Below, piece by piece: positions 1 through 10,376 of a stretch of 64,000 nucleotides of DNA; positions within the stretch are counted from its first letter, which is position 1, and the number at the start of each line of letters is the position of its first letter. The position numbers and the translations under genes were made by a program. Source of the stretch: a candidate division WOR-3 bacterium (lineage in GTDB: Bacteria > Hydrothermota > Hydrothermia > LBFQ01); assembly GCA_027050205.1 (NCBI GenBank), contig JALUCS010000126.1, positions 5,004 through 69,003 of the forward strand, in the 5' to 3' direction. The notes beneath the pieces were generated by a model, which worked only from the letters and a program-made list of their open reading frames with translations, did no database searches and was not told the DNA's origin.

Positions 1-2136
1 GTCCCCGCCGATGAAGTTGGCCGTTATAAACGTAGCCGGGCTACCACCTCCGTTCGCAACGAGGAGGAACAGGGTATCCCCGGCCAACCTCCCACCGAGG
101 AAGGAGAGGGAAGGACCCCTGCCTATAACGAAGAGGCTGTCCCCTACCGGCGTACAGGTCGGACACCTGACGGTCATGTACCCCTCTACCTTCCTGTCGC
201 CGGCGAAGGACGAGGAGGGGACCTCCAGGGAGAAGGGGAGGGAGTCGGTTATGGGGCCGAGATATAGGGAGTCGGGGCGTAGGGGAAAGGGGGCGTAGAG
301 TACTACCCAGACGCTGTCCAAGGGCGTAGGGGCGTAGACCACACCGGAGATACGGAGGGTGTCCCCGGAGGAGAGGGTGTCGGAATAGGTGTAGCGAATG
401 GATACGTCGGTGGGGCCGTAGGTCAGGGTGGAGATGTGGGGAAAGTAGCCCTCGGCGTAGATACCCACCTTGAAGGGGCCGGGGTGGAGGCCCATCAACC
501 TCACCGTAAGGCTACCGGAAGAACCCACCCTCCACCTGCCTATCACCCTGCCGTCCTGAAGGACGCTGACGAGGGCGCCCAAAGGTACCCCGGAGACGGA
601 GAGGGTGTCGGAGGATAGGGATACGGAGGGGGTAAAGGTGGAGGGGACGTCCCGGTAAAGCCGTAGGGACGGATCCCCAACGAGGTGGTAGCTCAAGGCC
701 TCGTAGATGTAGGTGAAGTAGTACCCGGAAGATGCGGCGAAGTGCTTTAGGTGCAAGTCCACCATCCCGGCGAAGAAGCCGGAGGTGTCAAGATAGGCCT
801 CCCTGAAGGAGGAGGCCACCATAGGGATAGCCGACCCCGGAGAGCTCTCCTTCGTTGGACCGTAGGAGGCTATACTCTTCCCCTCCTTATACACGAGGAC
901 GTTTATTGAGTTGGTGTGGGGGGAGTTGACGAAGCAGCCTATGTGCATCCAGAAGACGGGGGTACTGTCCGTACGGAGGCGGGGGATGTCCTGCGCCAGG
1001 AAGGGGACGGTGATGGTGTCAATATTCACGATGAAGGTGCGGTAGTTGGAGTGGGAGAAGGCCATAACGAAGGTGGAGTTGGCCACCGAATCTACGAACT
1101 CCCCCATGCTCACATCCCGCTCCGGTACGTCCACCTCGCAGAGGGAGTCGTAGGGTAGGGACGGGGGGACGTAGTTGGCCATGCTCTCCACCATGGAGCA
1201 GGCGTCGTTGTCCATGTAGAAGCGGGAGGCGAAGAGGAGGATGTTGGGCGGGAAGGGGTAGTTGTAGTGGGTCTCGTAGTACATCACCCTCCTGACCATC
1301 TCCATGGCCTCCTGTAGGTCCGTCGCCGGCATCCTACCTACGGCCACATCCATCCACAGGTCAAGGCTGTCCGAAAACTGGCCAAAGTCCCAGTTGCCGT
1401 CGGAGTTCCAGTCCCCGTCCAGACACCCGTAGTACGCGTCGCTCTGCATCTCGTCCCCGTAGTCATATGGCCAGGCCGAGGGCATACGGAGGCGGGGGGA
1501 AGGGACGTGGAACCTGTCCCCACCCAAAAGGAGGAACTTTACCCCCCAAGTTCCGTAGAGGTACCGTACGAAGTTCCTTATCCTCTCCGCCGGCGTCCTA
1601 CCCGGGTAGGAGAGGGCCTCCTCCAAGGTAAATACGGCCGTCCTTATGCCAGTAAGGTTCTTGAACTCGGCGAGGCTGTCAAAGGCCGGCTTCAGGTCCG
1701 GCGTCGTAATTATAGCGAGATCTAAGGAGTCCGTCCCCGGCAACGTCGTTGGGGACGTCCCCACCCCCACCCTTGAGACCTCAAGCCTCACCTCCCTGTT
1801 CCGGTAGTACCTACTCCCTTCCTTGGTAATTTCAAACACGAGGACGCTCGCCTTCCTTATCCCCCTGTACGTCCCGTACCTGACCAAGACGGGGGACGAG
1901 GGGACGGGCCTCGGCTCAAGGGGGAAACTCCCCCCATCCAAAAGGGTGAAGGTGGGCGTTATTTTGGGGCTGACCTCCACCCTATCCACGCCCACCATCC
2001 GCACCGCGAGGCTCTCACCGGGGAGGAGGTCGTAGGTCAGGACCTTCAACCTACCCTGCGGCACACCCGGAACCTTCACCAGTAGATCCCCTTTCCCGAA
2101 CCTCACCGTAAGGATAGAAGCCGTCAATAGGAGCAT
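1..2136 (-). CDS. C25 family (gingipain-like) cysteine peptidase, 3' end outside window
   Basis: Not in the ORF track because it runs off the left edge. Own translation from ATG 2136: MLLLTASILTV...LAIITTPDLKPAFDSLAEFKNLTG...FLLLGGD...SDAYYGCLDGDW...VAVGRMPA...FSHSN...HIGCF...YHLVGDPSL, which are typical C25 blocks. Confidence 0.85.
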   Translation of the reverse strand, partial: MLLLTASILTVRFGKGDLLVKVPGVPQGRLKVLTYDLLPGESLAVRMVGVDRVEVSPKITPTFTLLDGGSFPLEPRPVPSSPVLVRYGTYRGIRKASVLVFEITKEGSRYYRNREVRLEVSRVGVGTSPTTLPGTDSLDLAIITTPDLKPAFDSLAEFKNLTGIRTAVFTLEEALSYPGRTPAERIRNFVRYLYGTWGVKFLLLGGDRFHVPSPRLRMPSAWPYDYGDEMQSDAYYGCLDGDWNSDGNWDFGQFSDSLDLWMDVAVGRMPATDLQEAMEMVRRVMYYETHYNYPFPPNILLFASRFYMDNDACSMVESMANYVPPSLPYDSLCEVDVPERDVSMGEFVDSVANSTFVMAFSHSNYRTFIVNIDTITVPFLAQDIPRLRTDSTPVFWMHIGCFVNSPHTNSINVLVYKEGKSIASYGPTKESSPGSAIPMVASSFREAYLDTSGFFAGMVDLHLKHFAASSGYYFTYIYEALSYHLVGDPSLRLYRDVPSTFTPSVSLSSDTLSVSGVPLGALVSVLQDGRVIGRWRVGSSGSLTVRLMGLHPGPFKVGIYAEGYFPHISTLTYGPTDVSIRYTYSDTLSSGDTLRISGVVYAPTPLDSVWVVLYAPFPLRPDSLYLGPITDSLPFSLEVPSSSFAGDRKVEGYMTVRCPTCTPVGDSLFVIGRGPSLSFLGGRLAGDTLFLLVANGGGSPATFITANFIGGD

Positions 2137-2148
2137 CGGTCTCGGATT

Positions 2149-2784
2149 TTAAGGCTGCCCGCCTCCGAAGGCCACCTCCTTGGCCCGCAGGATGTCCTCC
2201 AGTATCATCCCCTTCAGTCTGGGGTTCCGGAGGGCGGCGGCCGGGTGGTAGGTGCATACTCCGGGTATCCCGTATCGGGTGCCGTGGACCTTGCCCCTTA
2301 TCTCCTTCATAGGGGGGTTGTCCGTCCTACCGAGGATGTAGAAGGAGCTGTACCTCCCCAGACAGAGGAGGACCCTCGGCTGCACCAACCTTATCTGGAA
2401 CTCAAGGTAGGGGGAGCAGGCCCTTATCTCGTCGGGGAGGGGGTCCCGGTTGTTGGGGGGCCTGCACTTCAGGACGTTCGTAATGTAGAAGTCCCTCTGA
2501 CGGCTTAGGCCCGCCTCCTCTATCAGCCTCGTCAGGAGCTGCCCCGCCCGGCCGACGAAGGGCTTCCCCTTCAGGTCCTCGTCCCTACCCGGAGCCTCCC
2601 CTACGGCCATTATGGGGGCGAAGGGGCTTCCGTCCCACACCACCACCCTGGTCCTCCGCAGGTGGAGGCGGCACCTCTTACACTCCTCAACCTTCCGGGT
2701 GAGCTCCTCGTGTATCCGGAGCCGGTTCTCCGTCTTCAGGACCAACTCGTACAAACCCAGACCCTTCAGGAGCTCCTCGTTCAT
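2149..2784 (-). CDS. Uracil-DNA glycosylase family 4 (Fe-S)
   Basis: CKRCRL, VGEAPG, PFVGRAG, TNVLKCRPPNNR and YHPAA motifs. Confidence 0.93.
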   Translation of the reverse strand: MNEELLKGLGLYELVLKTENRLRIHEELTRKVEECKRCRLHLRRTRVVVWDGSPFAPIMAVGEAPGRDEDLKGKPFVGRAGQLLTRLIEEAGLSRQRDFYITNVLKCRPPNNRDPLPDEIRACSPYLEFQIRLVQPRVLLCLGRYSSFYILGRTDNPPMKEIRGKVHGTRYGIPGVCTYHPAAALRNPRLKGMILEDILRAKEVAFGGGQP

Positions 2785-4310
2785 GTCTCATCCTCCGAGG
2801 GGGTGGAGACCGCAGCGTAGAAGCCCAACCATACGAGGAGTACGAGGATAATGATCCGGGCGACCCACTGGCCCGTATTTCCGGTTATCAGCATACTCGG
2901 ATCCTTCAGGTTCTGGGTGACCCACATGAAGGTTATGACGGCGAGGAAGGCGAGGGAGACCGTACCGGTGAGGTAGGCCACCCACTTCGGCAGCCTTATC
3001 TGGGCGCCCTTGTTCAGCTCCCGGTGGAAGTTCTCCGGGCCGAATATCCAGACGAAGAGGATGATCTCCACGAGGCCGAACAGGATGAGCATGAAGCTGC
3101 CCGCCCAGAAGTCCAGCTCGTCTATGAATTTGGGCAGGAATATAGCGAAGTGCGCCCCGATTACGACCGTTACCATAGAAACGGCGACGGCCTTGGTGTG
3201 GCTCCAGCGCAGCTCGTCCTCAAAGAAGGTTATCATTGGCTGTATCAGGGCGACGGAGGAGGTGAAGGCGGCTATGAAGAGGAGGAAGAACCAGAGGAAG
3301 GAGTAGAACTGACCGCCGGGGAGGGAGTTCAGGGCGGCCGGCATGCTCATAAAACCTATGCGGAAGGTCCCGGCGGAGGCCAACTCGGATATGCTGGCGG
3401 GTCCGAAGAAGACGAAGGCGGCCGGTATGGCGATGGAGGAGCCGAGGACCACCTCAACGAACTCGTTCGTACTGGCCGTCGCCATCCCCGTGACGACGAT
3501 GTCGTCCTTCTCCCTGACGTAGGAGGCGTAGGTGGCTATCGCCCCCATACCGAGGGACAGGGTGAAGAAGATCTGCCCCGCCGCCTCAACCCAAACCTTA
3601 GCGTCAAAGATACGGGAGAAGTCCGGTTTCCAGATGAACTCAAGCCCCTTAACGGCGCTCCAATGCTCGTTCGGCCCCTTTGAGAAGAATATGACCACCG
3701 CAAGGAAGATGGCCATTACGATGAGTAGGGGCATGCCGTATTTGGCGAGGACCTCAATGCCGTACCGGACCCCCCTCTGGAGGACGTACCAGTTGAGGAG
3801 GACCGTTATCCAGAAGATGAGGTACGCGAAGGGGGTAGGCCTGGTGTACTCGGCGAGGAAGGCCCCGAAGGGACGGAGGGCCTCGGCCGTATCCGCCGTC
3901 CTTATCGGTTCTGGGAGCCACCCGAAGAGGGCGCTAAGGGAGAAGCCGAGGGTCCAGGATTCTATATAGATGTAGTACATTATGATGAGGACGGGGGCTG
4001 CCACCCCCACCACGCCTATGAGCCTACCGATGAGCTTGGCCCTGCGGGAGCGGAAGAGGGTCCCGATTATACCCACGGTGGAGCCGTGGCCCCTCGCTCC
4101 CCCGTACCTGCCCGCCATCCACTCCACCCACATCAGGGGGAGGCCAAGGAGGGCGAGGGAGACGAGGTAGGGGATCATAAAGGCCCCACCACCGTAAAGG
4201 GCCACCTTTGAGGGGAATCGCAGGAGGTTCCCAAGGCCTACGGCGTTCCCGGCTGTGGCTAAGACGGCACCGATGCGGGAGCCCCAGTGTTGTCTCGGTC
4301 TCTTGGCCAT
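2781..4310 (-). CDS. Na+-dependent amino-acid transporter (NSS/SNF, LeuT-like)
   Basis: AGNAVGLGNLLRFP and GQIFFTLSLGMG motifs; about 12 hydrophobic segments. Confidence 0.93.
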   Translation of the reverse strand: MAKRPRQHWGSRIGAVLATAGNAVGLGNLLRFPSKVALYGGGAFMIPYLVSLALLGLPLMWVEWMAGRYGGARGHGSTVGIIGTLFRSRRAKLIGRLIGVVGVAAPVLIIMYYIYIESWTLGFSLSALFGWLPEPIRTADTAEALRPFGAFLAEYTRPTPFAYLIFWITVLLNWYVLQRGVRYGIEVLAKYGMPLLIVMAIFLAVVIFFSKGPNEHWSAVKGLEFIWKPDFSRIFDAKVWVEAAGQIFFTLSLGMGAIATYASYVREKDDIVVTGMATASTNEFVEVVLGSSIAIPAAFVFFGPASISELASAGTFRIGFMSMPAALNSLPGGQFYSFLWFFLLFIAAFTSSVALIQPMITFFEDELRWSHTKAVAVSMVTVVIGAHFAIFLPKFIDELDFWAGSFMLILFGLVEIILFVWIFGPENFHRELNKGAQIRLPKWVAYLTGTVSLAFLAVITFMWVTQNLKDPSMLITGNTGQWVARIIILVLLVWLGFYAAVSTPSEDET

Positions 4311-4351
4311 AGTCGTCTATTGTAATGAAGAAAACGGCTTAAAGAACGAGT

Positions 4352-4705
4352 TTATTCCCTTACCGTTGCCTTGAACCTCTCCACCTCGTCGGCCAGACTC
4401 TTTAGGACGTAGGTCAGGACGGCGGCGTCGTCCACGTACCCCACTATGGGCAGGAAGTCCATTACAGCGTCCGTAGGGACGAGGAAGTAGAGTAGGGCGG
4501 CGGCGAGGGCGAAGATGGTCCTGTTGCTCAACCGGTACCTACCGCTCAAGGCCTCCCGGAGCATAGCGACCGTCAGGAGGAGGTCCCCCAGGATACCCTT
4601 CGGCCCCCCCTTCCTCAACCTCCCCTCCGCCTCCTTCAGGATCTCCCTTACGTCCCCCATCCCCCTAACGCGGGACAGGGCCAACCGGAACAGGAACTTC
4701 CCCAC
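4352..4705 (-). CDS. YkvA/DUF1232 family membrane protein
   Basis: ALLYFLVPTDAVMDFLPIVGYVDD motif. Confidence 0.85.
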   Translation of the reverse strand: MGKFLFRLALSRVRGMGDVREILKEAEGRLRKGGPKGILGDLLLTVAMLREALSGRYRLSNRTIFALAAALLYFLVPTDAVMDFLPIVGYVDDAAVLTYVLKSLADEVERFKATVRE

Positions 4706-4728
4706 AGGGAAATTTTAAGGCCGGAACC

Positions 4729-5697
4729 CTACCGGTTCCTTTTAGTGCGGTCGTACCTCTCAACCCACCTCCGGAGCTCCTCCTTGGAGGAGGCGTAGTC
4801 AAATGCTTCATACACGACGAAGAAGTTCTCCGGGTCTACCACCCTGGGGTAGAGGAGCTTGGCCGCCTTCAGCCGATCGTTCTCAAAGTCAAACTCCTCC
4901 AGTATGGCCAACACCTGCTTGGATGTGAAGTAGTTCTTGGAAGCGGCCTCCTTAACTATCGCCATCTTCTCGTCGGAGAAAGAGGCGTCCTCTAAGGCCT
5001 CTATGAGCCTCTCAAAGGCCTCCGGATCCATCGGCTCCCTGTCTTCCTCCTTGTTGAGGTGCTTGACGTACAGGGTGTTCTCCATCCCGTCCTTGACCTC
5101 CACCTTCCCCTCCCACTCGCCGCGGCCGCACCTCAACCTCACTATGTAGAAGCCGGCCTTCAGGTACTTTCCCGTAGGGGTCGTCGCCTTATGGACGCGA
5201 TGGCCGTCCTCGTCCAAAACCTCGCAGGAGCATCCCCTCGGCTCCTTTATCCGCAGGTAGGTCCTCCCGTAGGGCCGACGCACCACCGTATAGTCCCCGT
5301 ACTCCTCCCTCTCCTCCGTCTTCTCCCCATCCTTCTGCTCCATGTACTTGATGTAGAGAACGTTGTCCATCCCCCTCTTTATCTCCAGAACCCCGCTCCA
5401 GGAGTAGTCGTCGTAGCTGACGTTTATGCGGTACTTACCCGGCTTCATAGCCCTGGTGAGGGGTAGGTGGCTGGAGAGGACGAGGCGGTGGCTGCCGGCG
5501 CGGTATATGCGGACGGAGGCCCCTTCGGGGGAGGGGATAACGAGGCGGGTCATCCCCGTCCTCGCCCTGTAGAGGACGTAGGTATCGGTCTCGTACACTT
5601 CCTCGTACGCGTCCTCGTCGGGTAGGTCCACCCTCACCCTGGCCCTCCCTCCATCTACGTCTATTTGCAAACCTTGTGCCATTAACACCAACAGCAT
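4729..5697 (-). CDS. Exported protein with two internal repeats and a C-terminal DUF4476-like domain
   Basis: Repeats WSGVLEIKRGMDNVLYIK / WEGKVEVKDGMENTLYVK. C-terminal FSDEKMAIV...FDFENDRLKAAKLLYPRVVDPENF. Confidence 0.7.
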   Translation of the reverse strand: MLLVLMAQGLQIDVDGGRARVRVDLPDEDAYEEVYETDTYVLYRARTGMTRLVIPSPEGASVRIYRAGSHRLVLSSHLPLTRAMKPGKYRINVSYDDYSWSGVLEIKRGMDNVLYIKYMEQKDGEKTEEREEYGDYTVVRRPYGRTYLRIKEPRGCSCEVLDEDGHRVHKATTPTGKYLKAGFYIVRLRCGRGEWEGKVEVKDGMENTLYVKHLNKEEDREPMDPEAFERLIEALEDASFSDEKMAIVKEAASKNYFTSKQVLAILEEFDFENDRLKAAKLLYPRVVDPENFFVVYEAFDYASSKEELRRWVERYDRTKRNR

Positions 5698-5839
5698 AAC
5701 GAGTCTATTCTAAGGACGTGTCGGTGTAAGGGGGCGGAACCGACGAATACACCCTCCAAACCGCTGATTGTTCCTATAAGATAGAACAATTGCGTACGGC
5801 CGCCCTACGCCGCCCCTATTGCTCCGCTTAAGGAGAGCA

Positions 5840-8194
5840 TCACCTCACTACGACGAACTTGCCCGTTGCCGTCCCCCTCTCCGTCATCACCACTACGAAG
5901 TACAGCCCTTCGGGTAGGTTGGAGATGTTCAGGCTCAACTCCGTCTCCCCTACGCTTATGTTCCTGGTCACCTTCTCCTCCCTTACGAGGTGGCCGGAGG
6001 CCGAGTATATGCGGATGGCCACGTAGTCGGCCGGGTAGGGACTCTCAACGACTAAGGTTATACGCCTGTGCCTGGACTTTGAGTAGGGGTTGGGATAGAC
6101 CTTCGCCACCCTCATCCGTGGGCCTGTAGGCTCCACCTCAAACGGCTCGGCCGTAGCGAGGGCGTAGGCGTCGGGCATTCCGTACCCCGTCAGGTAGTTG
6201 GGCGTCGGATAGCCGGGGAGCTGGGAGGCTGTCTCAAGGAGCTTCCGCCGGAGCTTGGCGACGTCCCACGATGGATGGACCTCAAGGGCGAGGGCGAGGG
6301 CGCCCACCGTCAGGGGCGTGGAGTAGGAGGTCCCGGATACGCTCACGAGGGGGAAGGAGTCGTCCACCGCCACCACCGTGAAGGGGGCAGCCACCTCCGG
6401 CTTCACCCGGCCATCCGCGGAGGGGCCGAAGGCAGACCGGTTGGCCGGGAGCCACCTCCCGGAGACGGAGTCCCATATTACGCCGCTAACCGCCACCATA
6501 TCGTAGGCGTCGGCGGGGGCCGTAAGCGTTGTGTCCCCTACGAGGGGGTCGGGCAGGGGCCTGTTTCCGACGTTCCCCATGGCGGCGACCACCAAAAGGC
6601 CGTACTTGAGGGCCTGGGAGACCGCCCGTGAGGAGACGGCCGTCCGGCCGTCCATCATATCCTTCGTGTATCCGAGGTCCGCCCCGTAGCCCAGGCTGAT
6701 GTTGGCTATCTGCACACCCCGACGCACCGCCCACTCCAACGCTGCTACGAGGAAGTCCTCCTCTATGCGGTTCTCCCACACCACCCCCGTATCCGTACGG
6801 CCCACCTTCTCCGTCTTGGCGAGGTAGTAGGTCGCCCCCGGCGCCACCCCGATCAGCCTCCCCTCAACGTACCCGGCCAGGACGGAGAGGACGCGGGTAC
6901 CGTGGTACCGGCCTATCCCGTACTCCGGGGCCTCCGCAACCGTGTCCCCCCTGGCCCGGAAGACCAACCTATCCCCGAAGAAGGTGGGTTTGTCGCACGA
7001 GGTCCACCCGTAGGTGCCAAGGAGGTTGCCGAGGGTGTCGTACACCTCTATACGGTCGGGGGAGGGTACCGCCACCTCCGTACCGTTGAAGGCCACCTCC
7101 GTGAGCATAGGGGCGGAGGCTACGGGTCTCCCACCGACGAAGGCCGTATCGTTCCTGACGTAGGCCACCTTACCGCCGGCGTATACGGGACGGAAGCCGG
7201 GAAACAGGGGGGTGGTACCGCTGCGGGTCATCATATAGACCGTATCCCCGTCGGAGAAGAGTAGGGTATCCCCCTTTAGGTGCATCCCCCCGAAACCCTC
7301 TACCCTCTTACCCCTCCAGCACTCTATGGAGGATATTGCTCTATCGTAATAGCACAATTTTACGCTGTCCCCAGTGAAGGCCCCCAACGTGAGGGTGTCG
7401 GGTAGGGTGTCTAAGACGGCCATCTGGTAGCCGGTGAAGGTCCTTATGTCCTTTACAGTATCCTCCACCGTATCCACGGTGGCGAGGTGTAGGGTTCCGA
7501 AGCCGGAGGTCCATGCTACGAATATGCTGTCCCCAAGGAGGGCCAGCGAGGGGTTGTACTCGTACCCCATCTGGACGTTCCTAAGGCTCCACGAGCTGTC
7601 CTCGTTCAGGACGTACAGATAGAGGTTCCACGCCCGCGTGTTCGTTCCCTGTAGGGCCTTCTCGTCGGCACCGGAGTAGATGCAGAGGAAGGAGGAGGAC
7701 AGGGGGAGGCAGTCGTAGGAGTGGACGTAGAAGGGTATGGGAACGGGGGGAGGGATCTCCCTGTCCTCCAACATCAGGCGGTCCCCACTGTTGAAGTCCA
7801 TCTGACCGCCCACCTTAACGCCGAAGAGGGCGGGGTTGTTCAGGTCAAAGCCCGTGTCAAATATCCCGACCTTTACCCCCTTGCCGGTTATACCCAGCGA
7901 GTGGAGGGTGTCGGCCCTTACGGCCTCTACCTGCCGTTTGGACTCCCCGTAGGAGTAAGAGGAGATACCAATATTGCTACTGTTAAGCGGAACAATATTC
8001 CCGGAGCGTTTCACCCTGTACGTAAGGACGGGTACCCCCTCCGGGTTGAGGCGGAAGCCCCTCGGACTCTTCCCTTCCGCGAACCAGTAGAAGGAGAAAC
8101 GTTCGGTTAGGGTGGATTTGGTCCTCATATAGAGGGAGTAGGCCTCCGCGTAAGGTACGTCGCTCGCCCTAAGGGACACCCAAAGAGGTACCAT
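5840..8194 (-). CDS. S8 subtilisin-like serine peptidase with T9SS-like C-terminal domain
   Basis: Catalytic triad motifs FDTG, HGT and GTSYSTP; C-terminal VYPNP...IYSASG...LPEGLYFV. Start moved to ATG 8194, which follows a TATAAT box and removes the overlap with the divergent gene at 8268. Confidence 0.88.
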   Translation of the reverse strand: MVPLWVSLRASDVPYAEAYSLYMRTKSTLTERFSFYWFAEGKSPRGFRLNPEGVPVLTYRVKRSGNIVPLNSSNIGISSYSYGESKRQVEAVRADTLHSLGITGKGVKVGIFDTGFDLNNPALFGVKVGGQMDFNSGDRLMLEDREIPPPVPIPFYVHSYDCLPLSSSFLCIYSGADEKALQGTNTRAWNLYLYVLNEDSSWSLRNVQMGYEYNPSLALLGDSIFVAWTSGFGTLHLATVDTVEDTVKDIRTFTGYQMAVLDTLPDTLTLGAFTGDSVKLCYYDRAISSIECWRGKRVEGFGGMHLKGDTLLFSDGDTVYMMTRSGTTPLFPGFRPVYAGGKVAYVRNDTAFVGGRPVASAPMLTEVAFNGTEVAVPSPDRIEVYDTLGNLLGTYGWTSCDKPTFFGDRLVFRARGDTVAEAPEYGIGRYHGTRVLSVLAGYVEGRLIGVAPGATYYLAKTEKVGRTDTGVVWENRIEEDFLVAALEWAVRRGVQIANISLGYGADLGYTKDMMDGRTAVSSRAVSQALKYGLLVVAAMGNVGNRPLPDPLVGDTTLTAPADAYDMVAVSGVIWDSVSGRWLPANRSAFGPSADGRVKPEVAAPFTVVAVDDSFPLVSVSGTSYSTPLTVGALALALEVHPSWDVAKLRRKLLETASQLPGYPTPNYLTGYGMPDAYALATAEPFEVEPTGPRMRVAKVYPNPYSKSRHRRITLVVESPYPADYVAIRIYSASGHLVREEKVTRNISVGETELSLNISNLPEGLYFVVVMTERGTATGKFVVVR

Positions 8195-8267
8195 AGACGC
8201 TATTATATTTCCGGAGGGTAGTCGGAATACGTCCCCGTCCGTCCCCGCCGTATAATAGTGCGACCGT

Positions 8268-9365
8268 ATGTGGCTACTTCTCCTTACCGCCACCTCTTCC
8301 GACAGCCTCTTGGTGCGCACAATGAAGCCGGAGATAGAGAAGGTTTTCGTTCCGCCTCCGGACTACACCCTGAACCCCGGCGACCGGGTCCTCATAACCG
8401 CGTACTCAAAGGAGGTCTCCATAGTCCAGTACGAGACCTTCGTAGATAACAACGGCCTCCTACCCCTTGAGATATCCCCCCTCTCCCGCCCTACGGCCGT
8501 AAAGGTCAAGGGGCTGACCATAGACTCCGCCCAGAAGGTCCTCCTAAAGGCCTACAGGAGGTTCATCCCCTCCGTCGGGTACGTGTCCCTCCAGCTCATA
8601 GCCCCCTCCAAGTTCTACGTCATACTCCGGGGGAACTTTGACCCCTCCCTCAACGGCTTCCTTCAGGTCAACGGCCTTACGAGGCTCTCCGACCTCGTTT
8701 GGAAGAAGGGGAAGGCCCTCCCTTACTCGGCCTTCAGCCGGGTGGTTGTCAACGGCGATACCTTCAACCTCTGGAGGTACCTCAAGGAGGGGGACATAAG
8801 CCAGAACCCCCTGCTCAAGGCCTACGATACGGTATTTCTGGATAGGACGGACTCCGTCGTCTATGCCGTCGGGGACTTCTCCAAGGGGAACTACTGGACG
8901 ATAGAGTGGGAGCCGGGGGATAGGGTCCACGACCTCGTCCTTAAGCTCCAGCTCGCCCGCCGTCTCTACACCCTGCGGAGGGTCCTCATAAACGGCCGGG
9001 AGGCCAACTTAAACACCCCCCTGCACGTCGGTGATACGGTTAGTTTTGACTTCGCCATTCCCTACGTCCTCGTCCTCGGAGAGGTCGTCAAACCGGGTGG
9101 GGTGGAGTACGCCCCCCACAAGACCGTCCAGGACTACATAATAGAGTCCTACGGTTTCGGCGAGAGGGCCAACCGCTGGAACATACGGGTGAAACATCCG
9201 GGGAGTACGAAGTTGGAGAGGGTCTCCCTGGACTACAGGCCCGGTCCGGGGGACGTAATAATCGTCGGCACTACCCTCCTGACCTTCAGGGACCTCGTCT
9301 TCCTCGGCCCCTCCATCGTATCAACGGCCGTCCTCGTCTATACTACCTTCTTCTCAAAGCGTTGA
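8268..9365 (+). CDS. SLBB-domain polysaccharide export protein (Wza/KpsD-like)
   Basis: DYTLNPGD, NPLLKAYDTV, VLGEVVKPG and PGDVIIV motifs; C-terminal hydrophobic helix. Confidence 0.8.
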   Translation: MWLLLLTATSSDSLLVRTMKPEIEKVFVPPPDYTLNPGDRVLITAYSKEVSIVQYETFVDNNGLLPLEISPLSRPTAVKVKGLTIDSAQKVLLKAYRRFIPSVGYVSLQLIAPSKFYVILRGNFDPSLNGFLQVNGLTRLSDLVWKKGKALPYSAFSRVVVNGDTFNLWRYLKEGDISQNPLLKAYDTVFLDRTDSVVYAVGDFSKGNYWTIEWEPGDRVHDLVLKLQLARRLYTLRRVLINGREANLNTPLHVGDTVSFDFAIPYVLVLGEVVKPGGVEYAPHKTVQDYIIESYGFGERANRWNIRVKHPGSTKLERVSLDYRPGPGDVIIVGTTLLTFRDLVFLGPSIVSTAVLVYTTFFSKR

Positions 9366-10089
9366 AGAGGCGGTGGTAGAGGGGCGTTAGCCTTGAGGGT
9401 AAGGTTAAGGCCACATCCACCAAGGCGTAGAGGGACAGGAGCTTGTGCCTTAATGTCAGGTCGGGGAGCATAACGGGTATCCTCGGTACGTGCATCCTAC
9501 CGAAGGACCTTCGGCAAGAGGGACCGGCGAATCCCCAGCGGTACCCCACCTCTGCGGCTACGGATAGCACCTTCCTATTATATATATTAAAAGGATAGGC
9601 AACGGCGACCACCTCCTCACCGAGGAGGTCCTCAAGGTACTTCTTGGAGTACTCCAACTCGTAGCGGAGTTGCCGGTCGGGTAGGGTGGTCAGGGAACGG
9701 TGGGAGACCGTGTGGGAGCCTACGAGCCAGCCGGAGCGGTGTAGTTCTATTATAGCGGAACGATCCATGTGCCTTACGGGTATACCGAAGTGAGCGTCCC
9801 ACAGGTTCCGCTTGCCAACGAAGTCGGTGATGACGAAGACGGCTCCCTTTACACCCATCTCCTCCATTATCGGGAAGGCCCACCTATGGACCCCCTCAAG
9901 GGCGTCGTCAAAGGTCAGGAGGAAGGCGTCGTAGGGTAGGGGGAAGCGAAGGGCCTTGGGGTCCATAGGGCGAAAGCGGTTGAGGAGGAAGGAGAGGTGC
10001 CTTCGGAAGAACTTCGGGGGTACCCAGTTCCCCGAAAGCCTAAGGTAGGGGGAGACGTCGTGATAGGCGAAGACGAGGGGGTACCTCAC
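9343..10089 (-). CDS. Polysaccharide deacetylase (NodB/CE4)
   Basis: TFDDA, GSHTVSH and AYPF motifs. Confidence 0.88.
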   Translation of the reverse strand: MRYPLVFAYHDVSPYLRLSGNWVPPKFFRRHLSFLLNRFRPMDPKALRFPLPYDAFLLTFDDALEGVHRWAFPIMEEMGVKGAVFVITDFVGKRNLWDAHFGIPVRHMDRSAIIELHRSGWLVGSHTVSHRSLTTLPDRQLRYELEYSKKYLEDLLGEEVVAVAYPFNIYNRKVLSVAAEVGYRWGFAGPSCRRSFGRMHVPRIPVMLPDLTLRHKLLSLYALVDVALTLPSRLTPLYHRLFNALRRR

Positions 10090-10376
10090 GGTGGGTATTG
10101 TACGGTGGAGGGGTTTTGGGCCGGGGTGGTTATTTGTATTATATCAATATTTTCATAATACGACTAATTTTACTGTTTGATGGTATTTTAGTGTTAAATT
10201 GCAACATTTTAATACAAAGATTTATTTATATGTATAGATAATATAGTTTCAATAAATTGTATAATAATTTTACTTTTTGATAGAAAAGTATTCGTACAAC
10301 ACTTAAATATCACACTCCCCACAAACGATTTCCAACCTTTACCCCCACCGGAGGCCGGCCGTATAATATCGCAGGT

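Noticed and set aside
11-2035. Several short + strand ORFs in the track
   Set aside because: They are shadows of the - strand C25 peptidase, which the track misses because it has no stop within the window.
8195-8320. Track N-terminal extensions of the S8 gene, and likewise ppdK, cytochrome c, fbp, mtnP, ntpD and the ORFs from 44799 and 35621
   Set aside because: They overlap divergent genes or the tRNA; family-typical N-termini begin at downstream ATGs preceded by -10 boxes.
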